IMG/VR virus record: IMGVR_UViG_3300027714_002832
DNA length: 64,000 nucleotides
DNA from: a virus
Direction: 5' to 3' (one strand)
Position 1 is the first letter of the stretch; each line of letters begins with the position of its first letter. A program made the position numbers and the translations under genes. The notes beneath the pieces were generated by a model, which saw only the letters and a list, made by a program, of their open reading frames with translations, had not been told where the DNA came from and made no database searches. Positions 37,778 to 47,310 of this stretch are shown piece by piece.

Positions 37778-38431
37778 ATGAAATTTTTACTTGTATGTTC
37801 ATTTTTGACGTTATTAGGTGCAGCGGCTTACGGTGAATTTGGAATGGCATCAGGAAAATTGCTCGTACCTGCAAAGATTGATTTATCAGAAGATGAGTCT
37901 TGGATAAAGATTCAAGGTCGTTCTGATAGAAAATTCTTTCTGACTAATCCAGAGAAGCATCCCCAAATCTTTTGCCTTGCAAAGAATATATATTTTGAAG
38001 CAGGTATTGATAGTCGCGCTGGCATGTACGCTGTGGCAGATGTAACATTAAATCGTGTAACAGACTCACGATGGGGTAATACAGTATGTGATGTTGTTCA
38101 TCATGGAGCAAAAAAAGAGAGTTGGAAAACAAAGCAAGATCCTACTCTTCCTGATTCATTACGAATATATTATCCTGTTAAGAACAAGTGTGCATTTTCA
38201 TGGTATTGTGACGGCAAGCCAGACACCATCCCTTATGGAAGCACCAACTGGATTAAATCACAACACATAGCATGGGATATTTACATGAATGGTAATTATA
38301 GTGGAATCACAGAAGGATCTACCCACTACCATGCATCGTATGCTACATTCGGACAAGGTGATTGGCGCAAAGATCGTGGCATGCAATTCATAAGTCTTAT
38401 AGGACAGCACATCTTTTATCGGTGGAACTAA
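37778..38431 (+). CDS. secreted cell-wall hydrolase (SleB/CwlJ Hydrolase_2 family)
   Basis: signal peptide MKFLLVCSFLTLLGAAAYG; CLAKNIYFEAG...GMYAVADVTLNRV...WGNTVCDVV blocks. Confidence 0.7.
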   Translation: MKFLLVCSFLTLLGAAAYGEFGMASGKLLVPAKIDLSEDESWIKIQGRSDRKFFLTNPEKHPQIFCLAKNIYFEAGIDSRAGMYAVADVTLNRVTDSRWGNTVCDVVHHGAKKESWKTKQDPTLPDSLRIYYPVKNKCAFSWYCDGKPDTIPYGSTNWIKSQHIAWDIYMNGNYSGITEGSTHYHASYATFGQGDWRKDRGMQFISLIGQHIFYRWN

Positions 38432-38589
38432 TTAATAAAGTGATCAAGTTAGTATATGGACAATGGTCACATTGGCGCAATACAACGAGACACCTTAATC
38501 AATTAAAAAATACATTATATGCATTAACATGCAGTGATAATGATAAATATTACTAAATACATCAGTATTACAATTTAAAGGAGAAACTT

Positions 38590-38907
38590 ATGTTTACTAG
38601 AACATCAACATATACTAACACAACAGGATCATGGACTACCATAGAAGAAGCACTCACAGAAATAGATGCACTATTATCCTCAACAAAAACTGATCAGGAT
38701 CAGATTAAGCTTGATGAGTTAAAGTCTACTAATGACTTGAGTTGGGCTGTGGAAACACTAAGTGAAGATAGAACAACCGTTTCTTGTGTTATAACGGCAA
38801 GTCAACATGCCCTAGATGTGTTTGAAGGATTAACAGCAACTGCTGGCAATATAGAGGCATCTTCAATTCACAAGTATCAGTCTGACTGGACACTAGTGGT
38901 CGAATAA
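38590..38907 (+). CDS. hypothetical protein
   Basis: 105-aa ORF with RBS GGAGAAA. Confidence 0.45.
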   Translation: MFTRTSTYTNTTGSWTTIEEALTEIDALLSSTKTDQDQIKLDELKSTNDLSWAVETLSEDRTTVSCVITASQHALDVFEGLTATAGNIEASSIHKYQSDWTLVVE

Positions 38908-39242
38908 TGACTCAATGGCATGGCGGCAAAGGTGATTTAAGACGCGCTTCTACCTACGGTTCTAAATTTGGTGATAATTATGACAAAATTTGGGGCAAAA
39001 AAGAAGCGACATTTGAGAAGACGAAGTCATCAGTGTCAGATGATGACTTACGTCCAATCGATGGAAGACTTGTCGAAGCAGATGAATGTGTGTGTCATAA
39101 ATGTATTACGGACAATAAATTAATTGATTCTAGTGGATTCTTAATAAGCGTCTCTGGTAGGGTAGTATGCCCAGAGTGCAAATCAACACGATGTGCTCAC
39201 GCACAAGATCATAATAACAAATGTGGTGGTTGGTCACTGTAA
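38907..39242 (+). CDS. hypothetical zinc-ribbon protein
   Basis: CVCHKC...CPECKSTRC; C-terminal codons lie in the 31-bp direct repeat. Confidence 0.45.
   Translation: MTQWHGGKGDLRRASTYGSKFGDNYDKIWGKKEATFEKTKSSVSDDDLRPIDGRLVEADECVCHKCITDNKLIDSSGFLISVSGRVVCPECKSTRCAHAQDHNNKCGGWSL
39208..39238 (+). repeat. 31-bp perfect direct repeat, copy 1
   Basis: ATCATAATAACAAATGTGGTGGTTGGTCACT, identical to 39886-39916. Confidence 0.9.
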
Positions 39243-39287
39243 TAGGTACCGTGACAGTACACCATGTATGAATAATGGGAAATTAGT

Positions 39288-39851
39288 ATGCAAGGAAGAA
39301 CAGAATACACGCACGACAAATTACATGAGACAATTCGATGCCAACGAAATTGGGATTGGGATAATCAAGTAACACCAGAGCATTTAGCAATTCTTGATGA
39401 ATATGTAGCAAAGCCTGCGCAACAACAAGGTGAACGAATGTTTAGTGTTGCACGAATTCATAATGATATGGAAAAAATATCTGACATACATGACAATTTA
39501 AACAAAAGTAATACTCAAGTACTGGCCCCTTTGGTGTATATTTGGTTTCCACTTGACGAACACGTCTGGGATCACCACCTTCAAGCAGGGTTTCATGCAG
39601 GAATTATATCTAAATTAGCAAACGAGTTGGGGTATGCTACTGGGTTTTGTGGTTGTGGAGCAAGTGAAAATAGTGAATGGTCTAGTATTACAGAAAAATA
39701 TAACCTAACACCAGTAGAAGATTATAAAAATCCTATTTTTATATTAAGTATAGGACACGGAAAACCTGATACTCCATACAACAAAGACCATCTTGAAAAT
39801 TTTATTCATACGCACCATCGATATGATCACGCACCAGTAAAAACAGTATAA
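39288..39851 (+). CDS. hypothetical protein (bracketed by 31-bp direct repeats)
   Basis: 187-aa ORF with RBS. Confidence 0.5.
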   Translation: MQGRTEYTHDKLHETIRCQRNWDWDNQVTPEHLAILDEYVAKPAQQQGERMFSVARIHNDMEKISDIHDNLNKSNTQVLAPLVYIWFPLDEHVWDHHLQAGFHAGIISKLANELGYATGFCGCGASENSEWSSITEKYNLTPVEDYKNPIFILSIGHGKPDTPYNKDHLENFIHTHHRYDHAPVKTV

Positions 39852-39885
39852 TTTAATATAGGCATATGCTACGTGACACTAGTAT

Positions 39886-39916
39886 ATCATAATAACAAAT
39901 GTGGTGGTTGGTCACT
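39886..39916 (+). repeat. 31-bp perfect direct repeat, copy 2
   Basis: identical to 39208-39238. Confidence 0.9.
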
Positions 39917-39970
39917 TTAAGATAAGTGGTCGACGATTCACAAAATTCGCAGTTACTAATGGAGATTAAA

Positions 39971-41185
39971 ATGTCGAATCCAACATATATGGATTATTCA
40001 TCAACGACCCCAGTAGATCCACAGGTCGCCAAAAAAATGGCAGATTGTTTAACAATGGAAGGCAACTTTGGCAATCCTGCATCACGTTCACATACGTACG
40101 GATGGGAAGCAGAAGCAGCCGTTGATAAAGCACGTAAACAAGTAGCAGATTTGATTGGAGCAGATACACGAGAGATTGTATGGACATCAGGCGCAACTGA
40201 ATCAAACAATCTAGCACTTAAAGGCATTGCTCAGTTTTATGCAAAACGTGGTAAGCATATTATTACGTTACGAACAGAACATAAAGCAATACTAGATACT
40301 TGTCGTCAACTAGAACGAGAAGGGTTTGAAGTAACTTACTTAGACCCAATGCCCAACGGTTTACTAGACATTGAAGTGTTTAAAAATACAATCAGAGAAG
40401 ACACCATTTTAGCATCATTTATGCATGTTAATAATGAGATTGGTGTTATACAAGACTTACACGCCATTGGTGATATCTGTAGAGAACATAAAGTATTCTT
40501 CCATGTTGACGCTGCTCAATCAGTAGGCAAAATGCCAATTGACTTAGCAACGCTCCCAGTAGATTTAATGAGTTTTTCCGCACATAAGATATACGGACCT
40601 AAAGGCATGGGTGCATTGTATGTATCACGTAAACCTAGAGTTCGTCTTGAAGCACAAATGCATGGTGGTGGACACGAACGCGGTATGCGATCTGGTACAT
40701 TAGCAACACATCAAATTGTTGGAATGGGTGAAGCATTTGCTATTGCACAAGAAATGATGGCAGAGGAAGAAGTTAGAACACGCGCACTCAGAGATAGGTT
40801 ATACGCGGGATTCTCAGATATGGAAGAAGTAGTAGTCAATGGTGATTTTGAACAGCGTATTGGCAGCAACTTAAATATCAGTTTCAATTACGTAGAGGGT
40901 GAATCTCTATTAATGGCAATCTCTAATATTGCAGTATCTTCTGGTTCTGCATGTACATCTGCAAGTCTTGAACCATCATACGTTCTTAGAGCGTTAGGAC
41001 TTAGTGACGAATTAGCACACAGTTCAATTCGATTTAGTGTTGGTCGTTATACAACAGAAAAAGATGTAGATGATGCAATTATTCTAGTACGACAGAAAGT
41101 AGAAAAATTAAGAGACTTATCACCATTATGGGACATGTACAAAGATGGTGTTGATTTAAGTACGGTACAATGGGCTGCTCACTAA
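39971..41185 (+). CDS. iscS: cysteine desulfurase IscS/NifS
   Basis: start set at [16 protein letters not shown] (RBS GGAGA); PLP Lys block [16 protein letters not shown]; active-site SSGSACTS. Confidence 0.9.
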   Translation: MSNPTYMDYSSTTPVDPQVAKKMADCLTMEGNFGNPASRSHTYGWEAEAAVDKARKQVADLIGADTREIVWTSGATESNNLALKGIAQFYAKRGKHIITLRTEHKAILDTCRQLEREGFEVTYLDPMPNGLLDIEVFKNTIREDTILASFMHVNNEIGVIQDLHAIGDICREHKVFFHVDAAQSVGKMPIDLATLPVDLMSFSAHKIYGPKGMGALYVSRKPRVRLEAQMHGGGHERGMRSGTLATHQIVGMGEAFAIAQEMMAEEEVRTRALRDRLYAGFSDMEEVVVNGDFEQRIGSNLNISFNYVEGESLLMAISNIAVSSGSACTSASLEPSYVLRALGLSDELAHSSIRFSVGRYTTEKDVDDAIILVRQKVEKLRDLSPLWDMYKDGVDLSTVQWAAH

Positions 41186-41228
41186 TAAGCAACCCTAAAT
41201 AATAGTAAATTAACTAAGGAATATAATT

Positions 41229-41612
41229 ATGGCATACTCAGAAAAAGTGCTAGATCATTACGAAAACCCACGCAACGTAGGTAAGATGGATGAATCTGAT
41301 GAAAATGTAGGTACAGGAATGGTAGGTGCACCAGCATGTGGTGACGTAATGCGTCTACAAATCAAGGTTAGCGATGAAGGCATCATTGAAGATGCTAAGT
41401 TCAAAACCTATGGGTGTGGTTCTGCAATTGCATCAAGTTCATTGGTGACAGAAATATTAAAAGGTATGGATTTAGACGAAGCAGTTTCTATTTCTAATAG
41501 TGAAATTGCACAAGAACTTGCATTACCACCTGTTAAAATTCACTGTTCTGTATTAGCAGAAGACGCTATCAAAGCAGCAGTCGCAGATTATAAAGAAAAG
41601 CACGCCATCTAA
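41229..41612 (+). CDS. iscU: Fe-S cluster scaffold IscU/NifU
   Basis: YENPRNVG, GAPACGDVM, KTYGCGSAIASSS, LPPVKIHCS motifs. Confidence 0.9.
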   Translation: MAYSEKVLDHYENPRNVGKMDESDENVGTGMVGAPACGDVMRLQIKVSDEGIIEDAKFKTYGCGSAIASSSLVTEILKGMDLDEAVSISNSEIAQELALPPVKIHCSVLAEDAIKAAVADYKEKHAI

Positions 41613-41908
41613 TGTGGGACATCATACAAAGCATGTCATCAGATAGACTCTGGATATGGACTGCATTGGCTGGTAGTATTTTCGGTGCATTGTTTATAGC
41701 ATGGATTACTGATACTCGTGTCGCTCTATGGACTTATGGTAAATGGTCTACATTACTAAATTATCTAGTAACTAAATGGGGTTGGACATGGTTTCAAGAA
41801 GATCCCAATGCATGGAAAAAACTAAACCCTAACCTATCTAATAAGATAGTTGATCTAGAATCTCGCATTATCGAACTAGAAAACAAAAAAACATTAGAGG
41901 ACAAGTAA
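41612..41908 (+). CDS. hypothetical membrane protein
   Basis: 98 aa, 1 TM helix, ATGTGG overlap. Confidence 0.4.
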   Translation: MWDIIQSMSSDRLWIWTALAGSIFGALFIAWITDTRVALWTYGKWSTLLNYLVTKWGWTWFQEDPNAWKKLNPNLSNKIVDLESRIIELENKKTLEDK

Positions 41909-42691
41909 TTGGCAACCACATATGAAACTGTGTTAGAAGTAATTCATTACACAGACGAATTATTTTATTTCAAAACAACACGTAATCCAGGATTCAGATT
42001 TAAAGATGGTGAATTCGTTATGATGGGTTTAGATCATTTCTCAGAAAAACTTCAAAAGAATAAACCTATATTGAGAGCATACAGTATTGCTTCTCCATCG
42101 TACGCTGAATACTTAGAATTCTATAGTATCAAAGTACAAGATGGTCCGTTAACAAGTAAATTACAGCATGTTAAAGTAGGTGACAAAATCCTAGTAGGTA
42201 CTAAACCAACTGGTACATTAGTCCCAGATAATGTCAAGCCAGGTCGTAATCTATATATGTTAAGTTCGGGCACTGGCGTAGCACCATTTATGGGGTTAGC
42301 ACGTAGTCTTGATATTTACGACAACTATGATAATGTAATATTGGTACACGGTACTAGAAAGATCGAAGATTTAGTTTGGAAAGATATGTGGTTAGGTCTT
42401 AACGAACACGAATTGTATGGTGAGTTAGTGCAGAATAAATTCCATTATTACGCAACGGTTTCTCGTGAAGAATATGAGAATGAAGGCAGAGTAACTACCG
42501 CACTATTCGATCATTCGATAGAAGACAAGTTACAGTTACCACATCTTGATTCTGAATTCGATAGAGTTATGATTTGCGGGTCTATTCCATTCAATGAGGA
42601 TTTACAAAATCATCTACTTGAAAAAGGATTCGTTGAAGGTAACATGAGTGATCCAGGCACATTCGTAGTAGAACGTGCATTCGTAGGATAA
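41909..42691 (+). CDS. ferredoxin/flavodoxin-NADP(+) reductase (Fpr-like)
   Basis: FAD-binding RAYSIASP, NAD-binding LYMLSSGTGVAPF blocks of plant-type FNR family. Confidence 0.75.
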   Translation: MATTYETVLEVIHYTDELFYFKTTRNPGFRFKDGEFVMMGLDHFSEKLQKNKPILRAYSIASPSYAEYLEFYSIKVQDGPLTSKLQHVKVGDKILVGTKPTGTLVPDNVKPGRNLYMLSSGTGVAPFMGLARSLDIYDNYDNVILVHGTRKIEDLVWKDMWLGLNEHELYGELVQNKFHYYATVSREEYENEGRVTTALFDHSIEDKLQLPHLDSEFDRVMICGSIPFNEDLQNHLLEKGFVEGNMSDPGTFVVERAFVG

Positions 42692-42695
42692 CAAT

Positions 42696-42720
42696 AGCCC
42701 AGTTTAACTGGGCTTTTTTA
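42696..42720. terminator. bidirectional rho-independent terminator between convergent genes
   Basis: AGCCCAGTT-TAA-CTGGGCT hairpin flanked by A and T runs. Confidence 0.75.
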
Positions 42721-43524
42721 TTTGCGTTGTTTAATCTTTTCAATATAATTAGTACTTAGGTGATCATAAATCCCATCAAAAAATTGAAACTTACTCCATG
42801 CTTTAAATGTACCTTTTACTTTATCAACAAATCGTTGCCACCAAGTAAGATCAGTTAATATTTTAAAATCATAAGTTATATAATTTAACTGTCCAACATG
42901 ACGATAATATCCTAATATCGGAACTTGTGGTATAATGTCATTATTGTTTACGAAGCGATATGCTTCTATGTTATCAAACTGTACACCCCATTCCTTATTG
43001 CCTGTTCTTGGGCATCCATATGTATACAATACCAAATCTGCGTCTAATTTAGCCACCCTACTTGCAAGGATAGTTGCCATTGCAGCACCTAGACTATGTC
43101 CTGTTATAACAAGTTTTTTAGTGGTTACTCGCTTACCTAACCATTTAATAATTGATGGGTATAACTTATCAATTTCTGTTTTAAATCCATAGTGTACATA
43201 ACCAACTGTTTCACTATCGGATGGCCATGCTTTAATGTCTGCTAACATATCTTTTGCTTGTGTTGGCTCGGTTCCTCGTAATGCTATAACTATATAGTCT
43301 GGCATAACAATACCATATCCTTGTGCACTATCGTTTGTAAAAAACTTGATACTAGAATATTTTATATTATTATCTTTTAAGTATGCAGACATTCTTGCTT
43401 TATCATAATATGCTTCATCGCATAAATGTGCACATAATTCTGCAATTTTCCAATCTACTTCTTTATTTTGTGGCATGTAATATCTCCAATTATGTATATA
43501 TTTAGTCAAATAAAGTGTTGACAA
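42718..43524 (-). CDS. class-3 lipase (alpha/beta hydrolase)
   Basis: nucleophile elbow ITGHSLGAAMATILA, Lipase_3-like context. Confidence 0.7.
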   Translation of the reverse strand: MSTLYLTKYIHNWRYYMPQNKEVDWKIAELCAHLCDEAYYDKARMSAYLKDNNIKYSSIKFFTNDSAQGYGIVMPDYIVIALRGTEPTQAKDMLADIKAWPSDSETVGYVHYGFKTEIDKLYPSIIKWLGKRVTTKKLVITGHSLGAAMATILASRVAKLDADLVLYTYGCPRTGNKEWGVQFDNIEAYRFVNNNDIIPQVPILGYYRHVGQLNYITYDFKILTDLTWWQRFVDKVKGTFKAWSKFQFFDGIYDHLSTNYIEKIKQRK

Positions 43525-43546
43525 GTAAGGCTTCTTATTGTATAAT
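43518..43546 (+). promoter_or_regulatory. conserved phage promoter module
   Basis: GTGTTGACAAGTAAGG, 17 nt, TATAAT then GGTTACATAAGTTAAT. Confidence 0.6.
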
Positions 43547-43577
43547 GGTTACATAAGTTAATAAAGAGAGCAAGACT

Positions 43578-43718
43578 ATGAACAATGAAGAAATCATGCA
43601 GAAGATTGAACAGGCTGAACGTTACGTAAATTCATTACATGGCAATACATCTGATATTAAGATGAAGAAGTATGCTATCAACAAAAAAATTAATAAATTA
43701 AAAGCACAATTAGTATAA
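43578..43718 (+). CDS. small hypothetical protein (46 aa)
   Basis: RBS AAGAGAG upstream; below ORF-track cutoff. Confidence 0.35.
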   Translation: MNNEEIMQKIEQAERYVNSLHGNTSDIKMKKYAINKKINKLKAQLV

Positions 43719-43725
43719 TTAGGGG

Positions 43726-43754
43726 TTGACACGTAAGGCTCCTTATAGTATAAT
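43726..43754 (+). promoter_or_regulatory. conserved phage promoter module
   Basis: GGTTGACACGTAAGG, 17 nt, TATAAT then GGTTACATAAGTTAATTAAT. Confidence 0.6.
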
Positions 43755-43793
43755 GGTTACATAAGTTAATTAATGAAAGAAAGAGAGAACGAT

Positions 43794-44186
43794 ATGAGTA
43801 CTAGAAGCGCAATTGGTTACATGACTCCAAACGGTAGTGTTCGTGCAGTATATTGTCATTTCGATGGCTACGTTACTAACGGTGTTGGCGAAACACTAGT
43901 TACCGAATGGCAGTCGGCTTATCGTGTAGCACAGTTAGTTGAATCAGGTGATATGAGTGAACTAGGATACGATCTTACAGATTGCATCATATATGGTCGT
44001 GATCGTGGTGAAACTGATGCATCTACTAATGAATTTGAGTCAGTACTTGAATACATCAAGTTTTATGATGATTGTGAATACTTCTACTTATATACTCGTG
44101 ACGGTTGGTTAGTTCAGACTGAGGCAGGCGGAAGATTTACTCGCGTTGACACATATCTACAAGCAGAAAAAAACATGGCGGTATAA
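43794..44186 (+). CDS. hypothetical protein
   Basis: start chosen at MSTRSAIGY (RBS AAGAGAG); ORF-track start 43773 is too close to the promoter. Confidence 0.5.
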   Translation: MSTRSAIGYMTPNGSVRAVYCHFDGYVTNGVGETLVTEWQSAYRVAQLVESGDMSELGYDLTDCIIYGRDRGETDASTNEFESVLEYIKFYDDCEYFYLYTRDGWLVQTEAGGRFTRVDTYLQAEKNMAV

Positions 44187-44188
44187 TA

Positions 44189-44743
44189 ATGAGTAAAGAA
44201 ATCTTGGCAGAAACGGTTGCTCACACTGCTCATGCAGCAGTCGGACAATTAAGGAAATACAGTGATGAACCATACATTGTTCATCCTCGTGAAGTAGCAG
44301 AGATTGTTAGGTTTTACGGTGGATCTACTATTCAAATTCAAGCCGCATTCCTTCATGACGTGGTAGAAGATACTTCACTTACAGTTGATTTCATATCTAA
44401 AATGTTTGGTACAGAAGTCGCTACAATGGTAGATTGGCTAACTGATGTATCTGTTCCCGACGATGGTAACAGGAAAATTAGAAAAGCACTTGATCGCGCA
44501 CACTTAGCAGATGCTCCTTTAGAGGCTCAATTTGTAAAAGTTGCTGACTTGATTTCAAACACCAAATCTATATGCGAGGCTAATGAAGGGTTCGCAATAG
44601 TCTATATGCAAGAAAAAGAATTATTGTTACGTGACATGACCAAAATTCACGGGACTGACATATACAATCGTGCAATGCGATTACTAGAACAATATTATGT
44701 GGGAACACCACATGAACCGTTATTAACAGGAGAACTCAAATGA
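44189..44743 (+). CDS. HD-domain (p)ppGpp hydrolase (small alarmone hydrolase / Mesh1-like)
   Basis: YIVHPREVAEIV and AAFLHDVVEDT: canonical RelA/SpoT-type HD hydrolase motif, no synthetase domain. Confidence 0.7.
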   Translation: MSKEILAETVAHTAHAAVGQLRKYSDEPYIVHPREVAEIVRFYGGSTIQIQAAFLHDVVEDTSLTVDFISKMFGTEVATMVDWLTDVSVPDDGNRKIRKALDRAHLADAPLEAQFVKVADLISNTKSICEANEGFAIVYMQEKELLLRDMTKIHGTDIYNRAMRLLEQYYVGTPHEPLLTGELK

Positions 44744-44988
44744 CTAAACTAGAAGAACTTAAAGCTGCTCGTGATGCTTATGTTGCTCGTGATGCTGTTT
44801 ATGATGCTTATTATGCTGTTCGTGATTCTGATGCGCGTGATGCTTTTGCAGATAACCAAGAACTTCCAAAAATAACTCGTGTAGAAGTTATTGGAAATGA
44901 TGGTAGATTGCTTGTTAAGTATGTTAAGAATGCTAGAATCAGTATGCAAGATGATTACAGCACTTTAAAGATATTCTTAGAAGAATGA
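44740..44988 (+). CDS. hypothetical protein with ARDA-type internal repeats
   Basis: ARDAYVARDAVYDAYYAVRDSDARDAF encoded by imperfect 12-nt GCTCGTGATGCT repeats. Confidence 0.4.
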   Translation: MTKLEELKAARDAYVARDAVYDAYYAVRDSDARDAFADNQELPKITRVEVIGNDGRLLVKYVKNARISMQDDYSTLKIFLEE

Positions 44989-45033
44989 GCATGATGCAGA
45001 AAGAGTTTAAACTCAAAGCAAAAAGAAGAAACA

Positions 45034-45477
45034 ATGGGGAAATTTTTAATGACTATGTCACTAGTAGGTCCAGGACTAACAACTACATCTTATAAGAAGC
45101 GTAAGCAAACTAATCGTACTAAAGTGCAGCAATCTATATTTGAAAACCAACATCGAGATCACAATAAGCGTATGAAGCAAAGTGGTGCACATGATCAAAT
45201 GATGTCGTTAGCAGAATATGATTTGTATGTACGTGGTAACTACAAACCTAAAGCAAAGAAGTTCAAGGAACTTGTTCCATCGGCTGCATTTCAGCGTGAT
45301 ACAAAACAATATCCTAGCAAGGGAACTGGCATTGGTGTAGCATCTAAAAAAGAATCGCCTGCGTATACTGGTGAACAAAAACTACTTGGCATCGCTACAA
45401 TGCATAAAAGTAACATGGTTCCTATATTTGAAGATAACAAACAGATGGCAATTGAAATTGCAAGGATGAGACGATGA
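45034..45477 (+). CDS. hypothetical basic protein
   Basis: 147-aa ORF. Confidence 0.45.
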   Translation: MGKFLMTMSLVGPGLTTTSYKKRKQTNRTKVQQSIFENQHRDHNKRMKQSGAHDQMMSLAEYDLYVRGNYKPKAKKFKELVPSAAFQRDTKQYPSKGTGIGVASKKESPAYTGEQKLLGIATMHKSNMVPIFEDNKQMAIEIARMRR

Positions 45478-45698
45478 GCGATATTAAATTTACAACAGCA
45501 GGTGATTATATGAAGGATGTAGACATGATCGAAGAAGAAACAATTAATGAAGTAATGACAGAAAAGGCAGCAGCAGAACGTTTGCGCAAAAGTGAAGCGG
45601 CTCGTGCTAAACGCAAAGCAGTAAAAGAAAAAAAGGAATTAAACCGTGGTGTTTTTGATAAATCAAAACTAACCTATACAGATGGAGATAACACATAA
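45474..45698 (+). CDS. hypothetical protein
   Basis: 74-aa ORF, ATGA overlap. Confidence 0.4.
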   Translation: MSDIKFTTAGDYMKDVDMIEEETINEVMTEKAAAERLRKSEAARAKRKAVKEKKELNRGVFDKSKLTYTDGDNT

Positions 45699-45946
45699 TG
45701 ATACAAACTATTTTTGGGGTAATGTTGCTAGTTGGTGTGGGATTCGTATTTGGCGTTAGCGAATCAACAGTTAGAACTACACTACCAGATTACGAAATGG
45801 CAGTTGGTTTATGCGTTTTCAACGATGGTGTCGATTTCATGACAATTAATAGCGAAGCTAATAACGATGATTATATGGAATTAGTTACTTGCAACAACGG
45901 TGCTGAATTCAAACTGAAGCCACCATCGAAATATTTTGATGAATAA
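45698..45946 (+). CDS. hypothetical protein
   Basis: 82-aa ORF, TAATG overlap. Confidence 0.4.
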   Translation: MIQTIFGVMLLVGVGFVFGVSESTVRTTLPDYEMAVGLCVFNDGVDFMTINSEANNDDYMELVTCNNGAEFKLKPPSKYFDE

Positions 45947-46661
45947 AGATCAAGTAATTAAATCAAATTGGTTTGATAAATTTCATATCGGCAATGACAA
46001 ACCCGGCACTTATCACTTTCGTGAAGAAGGAGAAAAACGTGTCTGGGAATCAAATAAAATAGAAGCAACTAAATTAGGATGGAGTGAACACAATGTTACG
46101 TACAATATTAACGAACATGGTTATAGAGGCGCAATTGAACCAGGAGTGGGTGTTGCTGCCGCTTTCGGTTGTAGTTTTACATTTGGTTCAAGCGTAGACG
46201 AAAATCAACATTGGCCCTATATATTAGACATTGCAAACTGTGGTCAACCCGGCAGTTCTAATGACAAAATTGCACGACTCGCAATTAGTTATATAAATAC
46301 TTTTAAGCCTACTGATATCTATGTCTGCTGGACATTTCCACAACGTAGAGAATGGGTAGATGAAAAAGGCAATGTGATTGCATTTAAGAATGTAACACCC
46401 GTAGAAGCCTCTCAAATGTTATCACAAACTTGGGTAAGTTGGGATAACGCACTATTGTATCTTAGTAATGATTTGTGGGATGAATATAATTATATCAAGA
46501 ACATAATGCTACTAGAAGGTGTTTGTTCTATGAATAATATCAAATTACACCAAACAAGTGTATTAGATATGAACCACACACAATACCCATACGGAAGGGA
46601 TTTAACCCATCCAGGACCTGATTGGCATGTTATCATCGCAGAACAATTTCTCAATAATTAA
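45936..46661 (+). CDS. SGNH/GDSL-like hydrolase candidate (paralogue 3)
   Basis: AAFGCSFTFGSS block I-like, C-terminal DLTHPGPDWH (DxxH) aligning with DTLHLTPLGY of ORF 19912. Confidence 0.4.
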   Translation: MMNKDQVIKSNWFDKFHIGNDKPGTYHFREEGEKRVWESNKIEATKLGWSEHNVTYNINEHGYRGAIEPGVGVAAAFGCSFTFGSSVDENQHWPYILDIANCGQPGSSNDKIARLAISYINTFKPTDIYVCWTFPQRREWVDEKGNVIAFKNVTPVEASQMLSQTWVSWDNALLYLSNDLWDEYNYIKNIMLLEGVCSMNNIKLHQTSVLDMNHTQYPYGRDLTHPGPDWHVIIAEQFLNN

Positions 46662-47310
46662 TAACTGGTTTAATAACCATATCTCATTAGGTGGCAGTGT
46701 TCATATAGTACATGACACTGTTTCACTTATCGGTTCGCCCAAACCATATCTAACTGATATCTATGATAGATTCTCAAAACTAACATTCGAAGATGTAGAG
46801 CATTTCATGGGCTCTCGTATCTTAGACAATTCAATGCCCAATCGTGCATTGATCGAAGATGCAACTAAGTTGTATTATCTAGAAGAACAAATCAAACAAG
46901 ACAAACTAATATTCAAACCGCAACTATTACACGAACCTTGGGCAGATAGATATCGTGTTCATCCTGGTTCGGGTCGTATCGCAGCAATGTGGAAATGTGA
47001 TCCCATAAAACCTATAGAAAGCATCTATATTCACTTCAATGAAGACATATTTACTATCCCTCAGAATAGCACCGAAGTGAGGTCCTCAGAGGCTTTCTTA
47101 GACGCAATCACGTATAAGGCGACTAATAGCATAGATTGTACAGTGGAAACAGCGTTAAAACGTACGGAACGAGACACCGAATGGAATCCAACAATAGTAA
47201 GTACCGTAAATTGGGAATTCATTCGTTATAGTGAAGGGAAATATTTCTTGGAATATAAGCAAGCATGGCGTGACTACGCACTCGACTTATGGTTACTACT
47301 TAATCGCTAG
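46627..47310 (+). CDS. hypothetical protein
   Basis: 227-aa ORF. Confidence 0.45.
   Translation: MLSSQNNFSIINNWFNNHISLGGSVHIVHDTVSLIGSPKPYLTDIYDRFSKLTFEDVEHFMGSRILDNSMPNRALIEDATKLYYLEEQIKQDKLIFKPQLLHEPWADRYRVHPGSGRIAAMWKCDPIKPIESIYIHFNEDIFTIPQNSTEVRSSEAFLDAITYKATNSIDCTVETALKRTERDTEWNPTIVSTVNWEFIRYSEGKYFLEYKQAWRDYALDLWLLLNR

Noticed and set aside
38362-38556. 64-aa plus-strand ORF from the track
   Set aside because: It overlaps the 3' end of the SleB-like gene in another frame and has no RBS; likely non-coding.
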